Source: Spirochaetia bacterium (GTDB lineage Bacteria > Spirochaetota > Spirochaetia > SZUA-6 > Bin103). From it: 64,000 bases of DNA. The notes beneath the pieces were generated by a model. The model was given only the letters and a program-made list of their open reading frames with translations. It was not told the DNA's origin and did no database searches. Shown piece by piece: positions 9,069 through 18,610 of this stretch. The first letter of the stretch is position 1. Each line of letters starts with the position of its first letter. Location: the NCBI GenBank assembly GCA_965203515.1, contig OZ241907.1, positions 3,616,001 to 3,680,000 of the forward strand, written 5' to 3'. Both the position numbers and the translations under genes were made by a program.

Positions 9069-10433
9069 ATGAGCGACAGAGGACGGCGCGTAGCGATCGT
9101 CGGCAGCGGCCCCAGCGGCTTCTATGCCGCCGAAGCGCTGCTGAAGGATGAGCGGAACCTGCAGGTCGACATCATCGACCGCCTGCCGACCCCGTTCGGG
9201 CTGGTGCGCGGCGGCGTGGCCCCGGACCACCAGAAGATCAAGAACGTGATCCGCGTCTACGAGCGGACCGCCGGCAACGAGCGCTGCAGCTTCATCGGCA
9301 ACGTGATGGTCGGCCGCGACGTCAGCGTCGCCGACCTGCGGCGCTGCTACGACGCGGTCGTGTTCACCTGCGGGGCGGAGACCGACCGCACGCTCGCCAT
9401 CCCCGGCATCGACCTGCCCGGCAGCCACACCGCCACCGCGTTCGTGGGCTGGTACAACGGCCACCCCGACTACCGCGACCTGAGCTTCGACCTGTCCGGG
9501 GAGGCCGCGGTCGTCATCGGTCAGGGCAACGTCGCCGTGGACGTGACCCGCATCCTCGCCAAGACCGTCGACGAGCTGGCCGGCACCGACATCGCCGCGC
9601 ACGCCCTGGAGGCGCTGGCGGAGAGCAAGGTGCGCGAGGTGCACATGGTCGGCCGCCGCGGCCCGGTGCAGGCCGCCTTCACCAGCAAGGAGATACGGGA
9701 GCTGGGGGAGCTTGGCGACTGCGCGCTGCACTTCAACGACCAGGCCGACTTCGCACTCGGCCCCGCGTGCCGGGCGGAGCTCGACGACGCCGGCAACACC
9801 GACGCGCAGCGCAACTGGAAGGCGCTGGGCGAGCTGCGCGAAGCCGGACCGGCCAACGGCTGCGCGAAGCGGATCGTCGTCCACTTCTTCCGCAGCCCCA
9901 AGGAGCTCGCCGGCGACGGCCGGGTAGAGCGGCTCACCCTGGAAAAGAACCGGCTGGCCGGCGATGCCGGCGATCAGTGGGCGGAGGGCACCGGTGAAAC
10001 GGTGGAGATGGACTGCGGGCTGTTCTTCCGCAGCGTCGGCTACCGCGGCGTGCCGATCGAAGGGGTGCCGTTCGACGACCGCCGCGGCGTGTTCCCCAAC
10101 CAGGGCGGGCGCATCACCGACGGCGGCGCGGTGCTGCCGGGTCTGTACGCCGCCGGCTGGATCAAGCGCGGCCCCTCCGGCGTGATCGGCACCAACAAGC
10201 CGGACTCGACGGAGACCGCCCGCAACGTCCTGGCCGACCTCGACGGGCTCGCTGCGTGCGCGGAGCCGGACACCGCCGCGCTGCTCGCGAAGCTCCGCGG
10301 CCGGGGCGTGCGGCCGGTGAGCTACGCGGACTGGCGCGCCATCGACGCCGCCGAGGTGGCGCGCGGCGCCGCCGCCGGCAAGCCGCGCGAGAAGTTCACC
10401 CGCATCGAAGAGATGCTTGCCGTCCTCGACTGA
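9069..10433 (+). CDS. fprA: NADPH:ferredoxin reductase, adrenodoxin-reductase/FprA type
   Basis: [63 protein letters not shown]. Confidence 0.92.
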   Translation: MSDRGRRVAIVGSGPSGFYAAEALLKDERNLQVDIIDRLPTPFGLVRGGVAPDHQKIKNVIRVYERTAGNERCSFIGNVMVGRDVSVADLRRCYDAVVFTCGAETDRTLAIPGIDLPGSHTATAFVGWYNGHPDYRDLSFDLSGEAAVVIGQGNVAVDVTRILAKTVDELAGTDIAAHALEALAESKVREVHMVGRRGPVQAAFTSKEIRELGELGDCALHFNDQADFALGPACRAELDDAGNTDAQRNWKALGELREAGPANGCAKRIVVHFFRSPKELAGDGRVERLTLEKNRLAGDAGDQWAEGTGETVEMDCGLFFRSVGYRGVPIEGVPFDDRRGVFPNQGGRITDGGAVLPGLYAAGWIKRGPSGVIGTNKPDSTETARNVLADLDGLAACAEPDTAALLAKLRGRGVRPVSYADWRAIDAAEVARGAAAGKPREKFTRIEEMLAVLD

Positions 10434-10464
10434 AGTCGGGTTAGCATGACCGTGAGGCGGGCAG

Positions 10465-11187
10465 GTGCAGGCGCTTGAGATCGCGACGGTAGAGGACTTG
10501 GTCCGCGTGCTCGATGAGCATCCGCAGTGGCTGGAAGCGTTGCGTACGCGGCTGCTGACGCGCGAGCTGCTCGCGCTGCCGCAGACCCTCGCGGATTTCG
10601 TAGCCGCCACTGACCGTCGTTTTGCCGAAGTCGACCGCCGATTCGACGTTCTGGAGCGCCAGATGGGTCAACTCCGAAACGACGTCGCTCCCATCAAGGC
10701 CGCCCACGCCAGAAACGCCGCCATGAACGAGGCCGACCTGATCGCTGAGGAGCTGGGCCTCTCGTTGGTCGGCATTCTCGACCAGGCCGAGCTTCGGTCC
10801 CTGGCGCGATCGGCCGACACCGACGGCATTTCCAAGCACGATCTGCGCAGCTTCCGCGCGGCCGACATGGTGCTGCGCGTTGCTGACCCTGCCGCCGCCG
10901 ACCCTGCCGCCGCCGACCCTGCCGCCGCCCACCCTGCCGCCGCCCACCCTGCCGCCGCCCACCCTGCCGGAACGGAGCGCTACGTGGCGGTGGAGGTCTC
11001 CTATACCGCCAACGGCCGCGATACCGAGCGGGCGCGCCGCAACGCGCGGTTTCTGACCCGCTTTACCGGCTGCCGCGCCTCTGCCGTGGTGGCCGCTCTG
11101 AGGATGGATGAGCGTATTCGCCCCATCGTGGAGTCGGGAGAGGTCGCCTGGTATCAACTCCCGGCGGAAGCCCTGGAGGTCGACTGA
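10465..11187 (+). CDS. Hypothetical protein, paralog copy 1 (short coiled coil plus possible degenerate PD-(D/E)XK-like domain)
   Basis: EDLVRVLDEHPQWLEALR N-terminus, DRRFAEVDRRF heptads, ADMVL...YVAVEVSYT. Near-identical to 11272..11970. Confidence 0.8.
   Translation: MQALEIATVEDLVRVLDEHPQWLEALRTRLLTRELLALPQTLADFVAATDRRFAEVDRRFDVLERQMGQLRNDVAPIKAAHARNAAMNEADLIAEELGLSLVGILDQAELRSLARSADTDGISKHDLRSFRAADMVLRVADPAAADPAAADPAAAHPAAAHPAAAHPAGTERYVAVEVSYTANGRDTERARRNARFLTRFTGCRASAVVAALRMDERIRPIVESGEVAWYQLPAEALEVD
10885..10968 (+). repeat. 15-bp in-frame tandem repeat, ~6 units, (G/C)ACCCTGCCGCCGCC encoding (D/H)PAAA
   Basis: Directly visible. The paralog has only ~3 units, at 11713-11751. Confidence 0.95.
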
Positions 11188-11221
11188 CCGCGCCGGGGGC
11201 TTCAACCGCAACGGGTGATCC

Positions 11222-11252
11222 TTGACCGTTTGGCCGGCGCTGGCTATAGCAT
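11222..11252 (+). promoter_or_regulatory. Probable sigma70 promoter of paralog copy 2
   Basis: TTGACC, 17 nt, TATAGC (overlapping TAGCAT). Copy 1 also has TAGCAT at a similar upstream position. Confidence 0.5.
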
Positions 11253-11271
11253 GGCCGTAAGGCGGGGCAGA

Positions 11272-11970
11272 ATGCAGGCGCTTGAGATCGCGACGGTAGA
11301 GGACTTGGTCCGCGTGCTCGATGATCATCCGCAGTGGCTGGAAGCGTTGCGTACGCGGCTGCTGACGCGCGAGCTGCTCGCGCTGCCGCAGACCCTCGCG
11401 GATTTCGTTGCCGCCACTGACCGCCGCTTTGCCGAAATTGACCGTCGTTTTGCCGAAGTCGACCGCCGATTCGACGTTCTGGAGCGCCAGATGGGTCGAC
11501 TCCGAACCGACGTCGCTCCCATCAAGGCTGCCCACGCCAGAAACGCCGCCATGAACGAGGCCGACCTGATCGCTGAGGAGCTGGGCCTCTCGTTGGTCGG
11601 CATTCTCGACCAGGCCGAGCTTCGGTCCCTGGCGCGATCGGCCGACACCGCCGGCATTTCCAAGCACGATCTGCGCAGTTTCCGCGCGGCCGACCTGGTG
11701 CTGCGCGTTGCTGACCCTGCCGCCGCCCACCCTGCCGCCGCTCACCCTGCCGGAACGGAGCGCTACGTGGCGGTGGAGGTCTCCTATACCGCCAACGGCC
11801 GCGATACCGAGCGGGCGCGACGCAACGCGCGGTTTCTGACCCGCTTTACCGGCTGCCGCGCCTCTGCCGTGGTGGCCGCTCTGCGGTTGGATGAGCGTAT
11901 TCGCCCCATCGTGGAGTCGGGAGAGGTCGCCTGGTATCGACTCCCGGCGGAAGCCCTGGAGGTCGACTGA
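11272..11970 (+). CDS. Hypothetical protein, paralog copy 2
   Basis: ATG 11272 aligns with GTG 10465 of copy 1. It has one extra 21-bp heptad and three fewer 15-bp units. Confidence 0.8.
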   Translation: MQALEIATVEDLVRVLDDHPQWLEALRTRLLTRELLALPQTLADFVAATDRRFAEIDRRFAEVDRRFDVLERQMGRLRTDVAPIKAAHARNAAMNEADLIAEELGLSLVGILDQAELRSLARSADTAGISKHDLRSFRAADLVLRVADPAAAHPAAAHPAGTERYVAVEVSYTANGRDTERARRNARFLTRFTGCRASAVVAALRLDERIRPIVESGEVAWYRLPAEALEVD

Positions 11971-12013
11971 CCGCGCCGCCTTCGCCGCCGAAGCGGCGGC
12001 GGCGCGCGACCGT

Positions 12014-12043
12014 TTGACCGCTCGCGGGAGGGCGCGGTACGCT
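12014..12043 (+). promoter_or_regulatory. Probable promoter giving a leaderless transcript for the HEAT/qcr cluster
   Basis: TTGACC (12014-12019), 18 nt, TACGCT (12038-12043), 7 nt, GTG 12051. No SD. Confidence 0.5.
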
Positions 12044-12050
12044 GCGGGCC

Positions 12051-13007
12051 GTGGCCGGCCCGGAAGGCTCGTCGGAGATCGACGCCGTCAGCAGCAGCCC
12101 CGGCGGCAACGGTACCGCCAATGACGGCGCGGCCGGGGATGGCGCCGCCGGGGACAGCGCCGCCGGCCCCCCCAAGCGCTCCGGGCTCGGCGTCATCATC
12201 CATTCGTTCTTCGTCATTCCGCTGCTGATCGCGGTGCTGGCGGTGCTGGTGATCGCCGGCGTCTCCGTCCTCTCCTCCGAGCCGGCCGACGCGCTCGACT
12301 ACCTGGCCGACGTGCGGGTCGGCGGTCAGACGCGCCGCTGGCAGGCGGCGTTCGACCTGAGCACCCTGCTGTTCGACCTGCGCCGCAAGGGCGAGGTGCC
12401 GAACGACGAGCGGTTCGTGAACGAGATGCATCTGGCCTTCGCCGAGGCGGCCGACGACGACCCGCGTGCGCGGCAGTACCTGTCGCAGGCGATGGCCCTG
12501 ACCGGCGACCGCCGGTTCGTCCCCGCCCTGCTCGACGCGCTGGCCGTCGAGGAGAGCGACATCTCCGCCTCCTTCTACCTGCAGGCGCTCGGCTTCCTGG
12601 CCGGCGCCGAGGAGCTGCCGGCGCTGCTGCCGTACCTGCGGCACGAATCGGCGCGCATCCGCACCTCCGCCGTGCGCACGATCGGCGCCGTGGGCGACCC
12701 GTCGACGGTCCCCGCGCTGGAGCCGCTGCTGTTCGACGAGGAGCCGAACGCCCGCTGGTTCGCCGCGATCGCGCTGGCCGGGCTGGGCAGCGACGCCGGC
12801 GCGGAGGTGCTGATGCAGCTTCTGGATCGGGAGTACCTGGCCGGGTTCCCCAATGTTGACGCGGACGAGCAAAGCGACATAATGGAGGTGGCGGTGAGCG
12901 TCGCGGTCGGCCTGGGCCGGCCGGAGCTGACCGAGCGGGTGCGCGGTCTGGCGTCCGGCGACGTCGACCCCCGGGTCCGCCGGGCGGCCGCCGACGCGCT
13001 CCGCTAG
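12051..13007 (+). CDS. Membrane-anchored HEAT-repeat protein
   Basis: One N-terminal TM (FFVIPLLIAVLAVLVI), RWQAAFDLS, and repeated LxDxxPxxRxxAAxAL units. Immediately upstream of the Rieske gene. Confidence 0.85.
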   Translation: MAGPEGSSEIDAVSSSPGGNGTANDGAAGDGAAGDSAAGPPKRSGLGVIIHSFFVIPLLIAVLAVLVIAGVSVLSSEPADALDYLADVRVGGQTRRWQAAFDLSTLLFDLRRKGEVPNDERFVNEMHLAFAEAADDDPRARQYLSQAMALTGDRRFVPALLDALAVEESDISASFYLQALGFLAGAEELPALLPYLRHESARIRTSAVRTIGAVGDPSTVPALEPLLFDEEPNARWFAAIALAGLGSDAGAEVLMQLLDREYLAGFPNVDADEQSDIMEVAVSVAVGLGRPELTERVRGLASGDVDPRVRRAAADALR

Positions 13008-13032
13008 TGGACAGTGCCGCTAGTGGACAGTG
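13001..13032 (+). repeat. Perfect 16-bp tandem duplication CCGCTAGTGGACAGTG spanning the HEAT gene stop
   Basis: Units at 13001-13016 and 13017-13032. Confidence 0.9.
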
Positions 13033-13090
13033 ATCGGGAAGCAGTGAAGAATCCGACCGTGATCGACGATACTGGGATGCGAGTACGCTG

Positions 13091-13636
13091 ATGGCCAAGA
13101 CCGGAGACGCCGCCGCAGCCTCGTCCGGCTCACGGGCGGAGTCCGGGGGCGGCATGACGCGGCGATCGTTCCTGTCCACGCTCGCCGTGGCGTGGATCTC
13201 CTTCACGGGGATCGTGCTCGGCTCGGTGGCCGGCTTGGTGCGCTTCCTGTTCCCGAACGTGCTGTTCGAGCCGCCCCAGAGCTTTCGCGCCGGCTTCGTG
13301 GACGAGTACACGGTGGGCGAGGTCTCGACCCGCTGGAAGGACCAGTTCGGCGTCTGGATCATCCGCGACGAGGAATCGGTCTACGCGCTGTCGACCGTCT
13401 GCACCCACCTGGGCTGCACCCCCAACTGGCTGGAGGCCGACCGCAAGTTCAAGTGCCCGTGCCACGGCAGCGGCTTTCGCATCACGGGGATCAACTTCGA
13501 GGGGCCGGCGCCGCGCCCGCTGGAGCGCTACAGCATCGCGATCGGCGACGACGGCCAGATCGTGATAGACAAGACCAGGAAGTATCAGTGGGAGAAGGGC
13601 GAGTGGAGCGATCCCTCGTCGTTTCTCGCCGTCTGA
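13091..13636 (+). CDS. qcrA: Rieske iron-sulfur subunit of a Rieske/cytochrome b complex
   Basis: Tat motif TRRSFL plus a TM, CTHLGC and CPCHGS boxes, GPAPRPL. The true start may be the ATG of MTRRSFL. Confidence 0.95.
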   Translation: MAKTGDAAAASSGSRAESGGGMTRRSFLSTLAVAWISFTGIVLGSVAGLVRFLFPNVLFEPPQSFRAGFVDEYTVGEVSTRWKDQFGVWIIRDEESVYALSTVCTHLGCTPNWLEADRKFKCPCHGSGFRITGINFEGPAPRPLERYSIAIGDDGQIVIDKTRKYQWEKGEWSDPSSFLAV

Positions 13637-13683
13637 TGCCCTCACTTTCGATGAGACCTTCGATGGGGTACGGAGTCACCTGA

Positions 13684-14526
13684 ATGGCCAAACAGAACGG
13701 CGGCGGACCGTCGAACGGCAGACCGTCGAACGGCAGGAGCGGCAAGGGCCCGGCAGGCGCCGTGAAGGCGATCGGCGAGACCCAGGTATGGAAGTCGGTC
13801 TTCCGCACCGGCGTCCCGGTCTCGCGCCGCCAGCGCATGATGTCGGTGCTCAACAACGTCTTCCTGCACCTGCATCCGGTGCGTCTGCCCAAGCACGCGG
13901 TCAAGGTCCGGTACACGTGGTGCATGGGCGGCTTGTCGTTCTTCGTGTTCCTGGTGCTCACCGTCACCGGCATCCTGCTGATGTTCTACTACCGGCCGAC
14001 CTCCCAGCACGCCTACGGGGACATCATCGATCTCGGCTCGCAGGTGCCGCTCGGCATCATGCGGGAGATCCATCGCTGGGGCGCCCATCTGATGGTGATC
14101 ACGGTGTGGCTGCACATGTTCCGGGTCTTCATGACCGGCTCCTACAAGCCGCCGCGCGAGTTCAACTGGGCGATCGGCGTGCTGCTGCTGACGCTGACCA
14201 TGTTCCTCAGCTACACCGGCTATCTGCTGCCATGGGACCAGCTCGCCATCTGGGCGGTCACCGTGGGATTGAACATGGCGCGCGCCGCGCCGTTCCTGGG
14301 CCACGAGGGTCCCGGCGCGGCGCTGCTCCATCTGGGCGACATCAACTTCATACACGCCGGAGCGGACGCCAAGTTCGCGCTGGCCGGCGGCCGCTTCGTG
14401 GGGGAGGCGACCCTTCTGCGCTTCTACGTCCTGCACTGCATCGGGGTGCCGTTCATCGTGATGATCTTCATGATCGTGCACTTCTGGCGCGTCCGTAAGG
14501 ACGGCGGCATATCGGGGCCCACGTAG
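13684..14526 (+). CDS. qcrB: Cytochrome b, N-terminal (b6-like) subunit
   Basis: [26 protein letters not shown]...[28 protein letters not shown], and C-terminal RKDGGISGP as in split b6. Confidence 0.95.
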   Translation: MAKQNGGGPSNGRPSNGRSGKGPAGAVKAIGETQVWKSVFRTGVPVSRRQRMMSVLNNVFLHLHPVRLPKHAVKVRYTWCMGGLSFFVFLVLTVTGILLMFYYRPTSQHAYGDIIDLGSQVPLGIMREIHRWGAHLMVITVWLHMFRVFMTGSYKPPREFNWAIGVLLLTLTMFLSYTGYLLPWDQLAIWAVTVGLNMARAAPFLGHEGPGAALLHLGDINFIHAGADAKFALAGGRFVGEATLLRFYVLHCIGVPFIVMIFMIVHFWRVRKDGGISGPT

Positions 14527-14559
14527 CGGCTGCGGGAAATACGGCAGGAACGGCAGAAC

Positions 14560-15669
14560 GTGCGCGCCATCGCTTCGATCATCGACCGGCTCTCGGACCC
14601 GGCGATCCTGTTCAGCATCACCCTCGTGCTCGCTCTGGTGGTCTTTCCGCCCACCCGGAGGCTCCGCAAGGTGCATGACCTGCTGCGCGTCGACCGTCTG
14701 TGGACGAACGCCGGCGGCGTGGTGCTGCTGCTGATCCTCCTGGCCTTCTTCGGTCTGGGGCTCACCGACCCCGACTTCGCCGCCATCGCCACCAAACCGG
14801 ACAACATCCCGATCACGGCGCTGATGTTCGTGGTGATCTTCTTCCTCTGGTTCGCGATGAAGCAGGCGCGCGCCAACGACCAACGGATCGCCGCCGGGAA
14901 GAAGCCGGCCGAGGCGGAAGGCGGCAAGGTGCTGGTCTGGCCGGACCTGGTCTACGTCGAGTTCATCTCGCTGATCCTGATCAGCGTGCTGCTGGTGGTC
15001 TGGTCGATCGGACTGAAGGCGCCGCTGGAGGAGCCGGCCAACCCCACCGTTTCGCCCAATCCGTCCAAGGCGCCGTGGTACTTCCTGGGCCTGCAGGAGA
15101 TGCTGGTCTACTTCGACCCCTGGATCGCCGGGGTGGTGTTTCCGACGCTGATCATCGTGGGGCTGATGGCGATTCCCTATCTCGACGAGCGGCAAGGCGG
15201 GCAGGGCTACTTCAGCTTCGCCGAGCGCGGCCGCGTCATGTCCGTGTTCATGTTCGGCTGGCTGGCGCTGTGGGTCTTCCTGATCTACACGGGGACGTTC
15301 CTGCGCGGCCCCAACTGGAACTTCTTCGGCCCGTTCGAGACCTGGGACGTCAACAAGCGGGTGGTGCTCAACAACATCAACCTGTCGGAGATCATCTACG
15401 TGCAGGTGCTCGGCGTCGGCCTGCCGCGCACGCCGATCGTGCGCGAGGCGTTCGGGTTCGCCATCGTCCTCGGCTACTTCCTGATCCTGCCCGGACTGCT
15501 GGCCAAGACCGTCTTCAAGGAGCTGTACGAGCGGCTGGGCCGCGCCAAGTACGGCGTGATGATCGTCCTGTTCCTCTCCATGCTGTCGCTGCCGCTGAAG
15601 ATGTATTCGCGGTGGCTGTTCAACCTCAAGTACGTGATCTCGATTCCCGAGGTCTTCTTCAACATTTAG
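14560..15669 (+). CDS. Cytochrome b C-terminal subunit (subunit IV-like) with extra TM helices
   Basis: VWPDL, APLEEPANP, KAPWYFLGLQE (PEWY-equivalent), IPYLD, FLRGPNW. Confidence 0.88.
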   Translation: MRAIASIIDRLSDPAILFSITLVLALVVFPPTRRLRKVHDLLRVDRLWTNAGGVVLLLILLAFFGLGLTDPDFAAIATKPDNIPITALMFVVIFFLWFAMKQARANDQRIAAGKKPAEAEGGKVLVWPDLVYVEFISLILISVLLVVWSIGLKAPLEEPANPTVSPNPSKAPWYFLGLQEMLVYFDPWIAGVVFPTLIIVGLMAIPYLDERQGGQGYFSFAERGRVMSVFMFGWLALWVFLIYTGTFLRGPNWNFFGPFETWDVNKRVVLNNINLSEIIYVQVLGVGLPRTPIVREAFGFAIVLGYFLILPGLLAKTVFKELYERLGRAKYGVMIVLFLSMLSLPLKMYSRWLFNLKYVISIPEVFFNI

Positions 15670-15707
15670 GTGCGGTAGATTCAGGGTGACGGCGAAGGCG
15701 TTGGCGG

Positions 15708-18596
15708 ATGGCTGATCGGGACCAGGAGAGACACTACAAGCCGGCGGGCCTCAACCGCTGGTTCGCGGTCAGCGCGATACTGCTGCTGGCCGCGGTCGTC
15801 GGCGCCTTTCTGCAGGACTACAACCGCGAATGGAAGCGCTACCAGCGCGAGTTCCGCGACATCGACCGACAGATCACGCGCGGCGCCTATGAGACGGAGT
15901 TGGCGCGGCTGGACGGCGAGGCGCAGTACCGGCAGGCGGTCGCCGCCGCAGCCGACGCCCGCGACCGCCAGGGCGAGCTGCGGAACGAGATTCGCGCCGC
16001 CGAGCGCGAGGTGCGCCGAGCGGAGACCGACTTTCAGGCGGTCAACCAGCGCTTTCTCACCGACAAGGCTCGCTACGAAGAGGCGCTCTACCGGTTCGAG
16101 CAGGCGCAGGCCGGCGAGCGCGACGATCCGGACCGCGAGCGCTCCCGCAAGGAGCGGCTGTTCGCGCAGTACCAGGAAGTGAGCGTCGAGCACGAACAGG
16201 CGTCGCTGTCGCTGGAAGACGTCGAGGCGCAGCTCGCCGGCTACCGGGAGGCGTTGCGCCAGGCCGAGCGCGCGGTGACCGCACTGGAGCGCGACGCCGA
16301 CCTCCTGCTCGGCAAGCTCGAGCGGATCGATCCGTCGGCGATGGACTTCTGGAACCGCTTGGGCACCGCGGTCCGCAACCTGCCGATCGTCGACTTGGCG
16401 CAGCCGTCGCTGAAGATCGAGCAGGTCGTGCTGAGCGACATCCGGGAAGACCTCAACTTCGAGATGGTGCCGCGCGTCGACCGCTGCGTGACCTGCCACC
16501 AGGGCGTCTTGCGGTCCGATCTGGCCGATGCCCCCAATCCGCACCGGACCCACCCGCAACTCGACCTGTTCCTGGCCAGCGACTCCCCGCATCCGCTGGA
16601 GGAGTTCGGCTGCACGAGCTGTCACGGCGGCCGCGGGCGCGCCACCGACTTCTACGGGACCGTGCACACGCCGGACGGCGACGAGCAGCGCGCAACGTGG
16701 GTCTCCGACCGCGGCTGGCGCGAGTTCCACCTGTGGGAGGAGCCGATGCACCCGGTGCGCTACGCGGAGGCGGGCTGCTTTCAGTGCCACGCCGGGCAGA
16801 CCACGGTGAAGGGGGCGGAGAAGCTCAACTTCGGGCTGTCGCTGATCGAGCGCGCCGGCTGCTACGGATGCCACGAGATCGATTCCTACGAGGGCCTGGG
16901 CGCGCGCGGCCCGTCGCTGGCGCGCGTCAAGGACAAGCTGACCCCGGACTGGGCCTTCCGCTGGATCGAAGATCCCCAGTCGTTCCGCGCCGCCGCGTGG
17001 ATGCCGGCCTTCTTCGGCCAGTCCAACAACAGCACGCCGGAACTGCTCGCCCGCTCCTCACAGGAAATCCACGCCATGGTCACCTATCTGTGGGACCGGG
17101 CCGACGGCTACCGGATGATGCCGGTGCCGGCCGGAGGCGACGCGGCGCGCGGCGAGGAGCTGGTCGCGTCGGTCGGCTGCATGGCCTGCCACCAGCTCCC
17201 CGACGACCAGGAGCCGGCCGCCGACCGCGACGCGCTGCGGCGCCAGTTCGGCCCCAACTTCTCCGGTATCGGCTCCAAGACCACGGCGCGCTGGATCTAC
17301 AACTGGCTGCGCGATCCGGAGAGCTACCACGCCGAAACGCGCATGCCGAACATGCGCCTGACCGAGCAGGAGGCGGCCGACGTCACCGCCTACCTGATCA
17401 CCTTCCGCGACGATCCGTACGATCCGCCGCCGCCGGTCGACGAGGAACTGGTCGGCGCGATCGTGTTCGACTTCCTGGCCAAGACCGCGCCGCCCAGCGT
17501 GGCCCGCGAGCGGGCGGCCGCCATGGATCTGAACGCCAAGCTCAACTACGCCGGCGAGCGGTTGATCCGTCAGTACGGCTGCTTCGGGTGTCACGAGATA
17601 CCCGGATTCGAGGACGCCAAGCCGATCGGCACCGAGCTGACGGCGATCGGCCACAAGCCGCTGCACCAGTTCGACTTCGGCTTCCTGCACATCGAGCACT
17701 CGCGCTACGCGTGGTGGACGCGGAAGATGAGCGACCCGCGCTCCTTCGATGAACACAAGGAGCTGGCGCCGGATGCGCTGCTCCGCATGCCGAACTTCGG
17801 CTTCACCGACCTGCAGGTCGAGGCGGTGGTCACGGCGCTGGCCGGGTTCACGGATGCCGACGCCGAGTTGACGCGGATCGTGCCGCGCACGCCGGAGAAC
17901 CTGGCGGTCGAGCGCGGGCAGCAGCTCGTGCGGACCAACAACTGCCAGGGGTGCCACGTCATCGAAGGCGAAGGCGGTTCCATCGCGCCGACCGTCACCG
18001 ACTGGCTGCAGCGCTTCCGCGGTCAGGGGGCCGCGGCGGCGGAGGCGGCGACCGCCGGCTTCGTTCCGCCCAACCTGATCGGCGAGGGCGCCAAGGTGAA
18101 GACCGACTGGCTGTTCGAGTTCCTGCACCGTCCGTCCGAGATACGGCCGTGGTTGGCGGCGCGCATGCCGACGTTCGGCTTCACCGCCGGCGAGATCAAC
18201 GATCTGGCCCGCTACTTCAGCGCGCTCGACGGGCAGGAGTTTCCGTTCGTCGATCAGGTCGAGCCGGCGCTCACCGAGGAGGAGCTGGCGGCGGCGCAGA
18301 CGCTCTTCTCGCCCGACTTCTTCAACTGCACTACCTGTCACATCGAGGCCGGCCGCACGCCGGCGGGCAGCCCCGACCGCTGGGCGCCCGACTTCGCGCT
18401 CGCCGCCGAGCGGCTCAAGCCGCAATGGATCATCGACTGGATCGCCGATCCGCAGGCGCTGCTGCCCGGCACCAGGATGCCGACCTTCTACCCGCAGGCG
18501 ACCCCTCGGCAGATACTGGACGGCGACGCCGACCACCAGATCCGGGTGCTGCGCGACTACCTGTTGATGATCGGCCAGGACGCCGCGGGCCGGTAG
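15708..18596 (+). CDS. Membrane-anchored octaheme cytochrome c with a long coiled coil
   Basis: Eight CxxCH motifs (CVTCH, CTSCH, CFQCH, CYGCH, CMACH, CFGCH, CQGCH, CTTCH). N-terminal TM, a charged helical region, and repeated MP(N/T/A) distal-ligand motifs. Confidence 0.93.
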   Translation: MADRDQERHYKPAGLNRWFAVSAILLLAAVVGAFLQDYNREWKRYQREFRDIDRQITRGAYETELARLDGEAQYRQAVAAAADARDRQGELRNEIRAAEREVRRAETDFQAVNQRFLTDKARYEEALYRFEQAQAGERDDPDRERSRKERLFAQYQEVSVEHEQASLSLEDVEAQLAGYREALRQAERAVTALERDADLLLGKLERIDPSAMDFWNRLGTAVRNLPIVDLAQPSLKIEQVVLSDIREDLNFEMVPRVDRCVTCHQGVLRSDLADAPNPHRTHPQLDLFLASDSPHPLEEFGCTSCHGGRGRATDFYGTVHTPDGDEQRATWVSDRGWREFHLWEEPMHPVRYAEAGCFQCHAGQTTVKGAEKLNFGLSLIERAGCYGCHEIDSYEGLGARGPSLARVKDKLTPDWAFRWIEDPQSFRAAAWMPAFFGQSNNSTPELLARSSQEIHAMVTYLWDRADGYRMMPVPAGGDAARGEELVASVGCMACHQLPDDQEPAADRDALRRQFGPNFSGIGSKTTARWIYNWLRDPESYHAETRMPNMRLTEQEAADVTAYLITFRDDPYDPPPPVDEELVGAIVFDFLAKTAPPSVARERAAAMDLNAKLNYAGERLIRQYGCFGCHEIPGFEDAKPIGTELTAIGHKPLHQFDFGFLHIEHSRYAWWTRKMSDPRSFDEHKELAPDALLRMPNFGFTDLQVEAVVTALAGFTDADAELTRIVPRTPENLAVERGQQLVRTNNCQGCHVIEGEGGSIAPTVTDWLQRFRGQGAAAAEAATAGFVPPNLIGEGAKVKTDWLFEFLHRPSEIRPWLAARMPTFGFTAGEINDLARYFSALDGQEFPFVDQVEPALTEEELAAAQTLFSPDFFNCTTCHIEAGRTPAGSPDRWAPDFALAAERLKPQWIIDWIADPQALLPGTRMPTFYPQATPRQILDGDADHQIRVLRDYLLMIGQDAAGR

Positions 18597-18610
18597 GGGA
18601 TCGGCGGCGG

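Noticed and set aside
11971..12008. GC-rich hairpin after paralog copy 2 as an intrinsic terminator or REP element
   Set aside because: No U-tract directly follows, I noticed no second copy, and such stems arise easily at this GC content.
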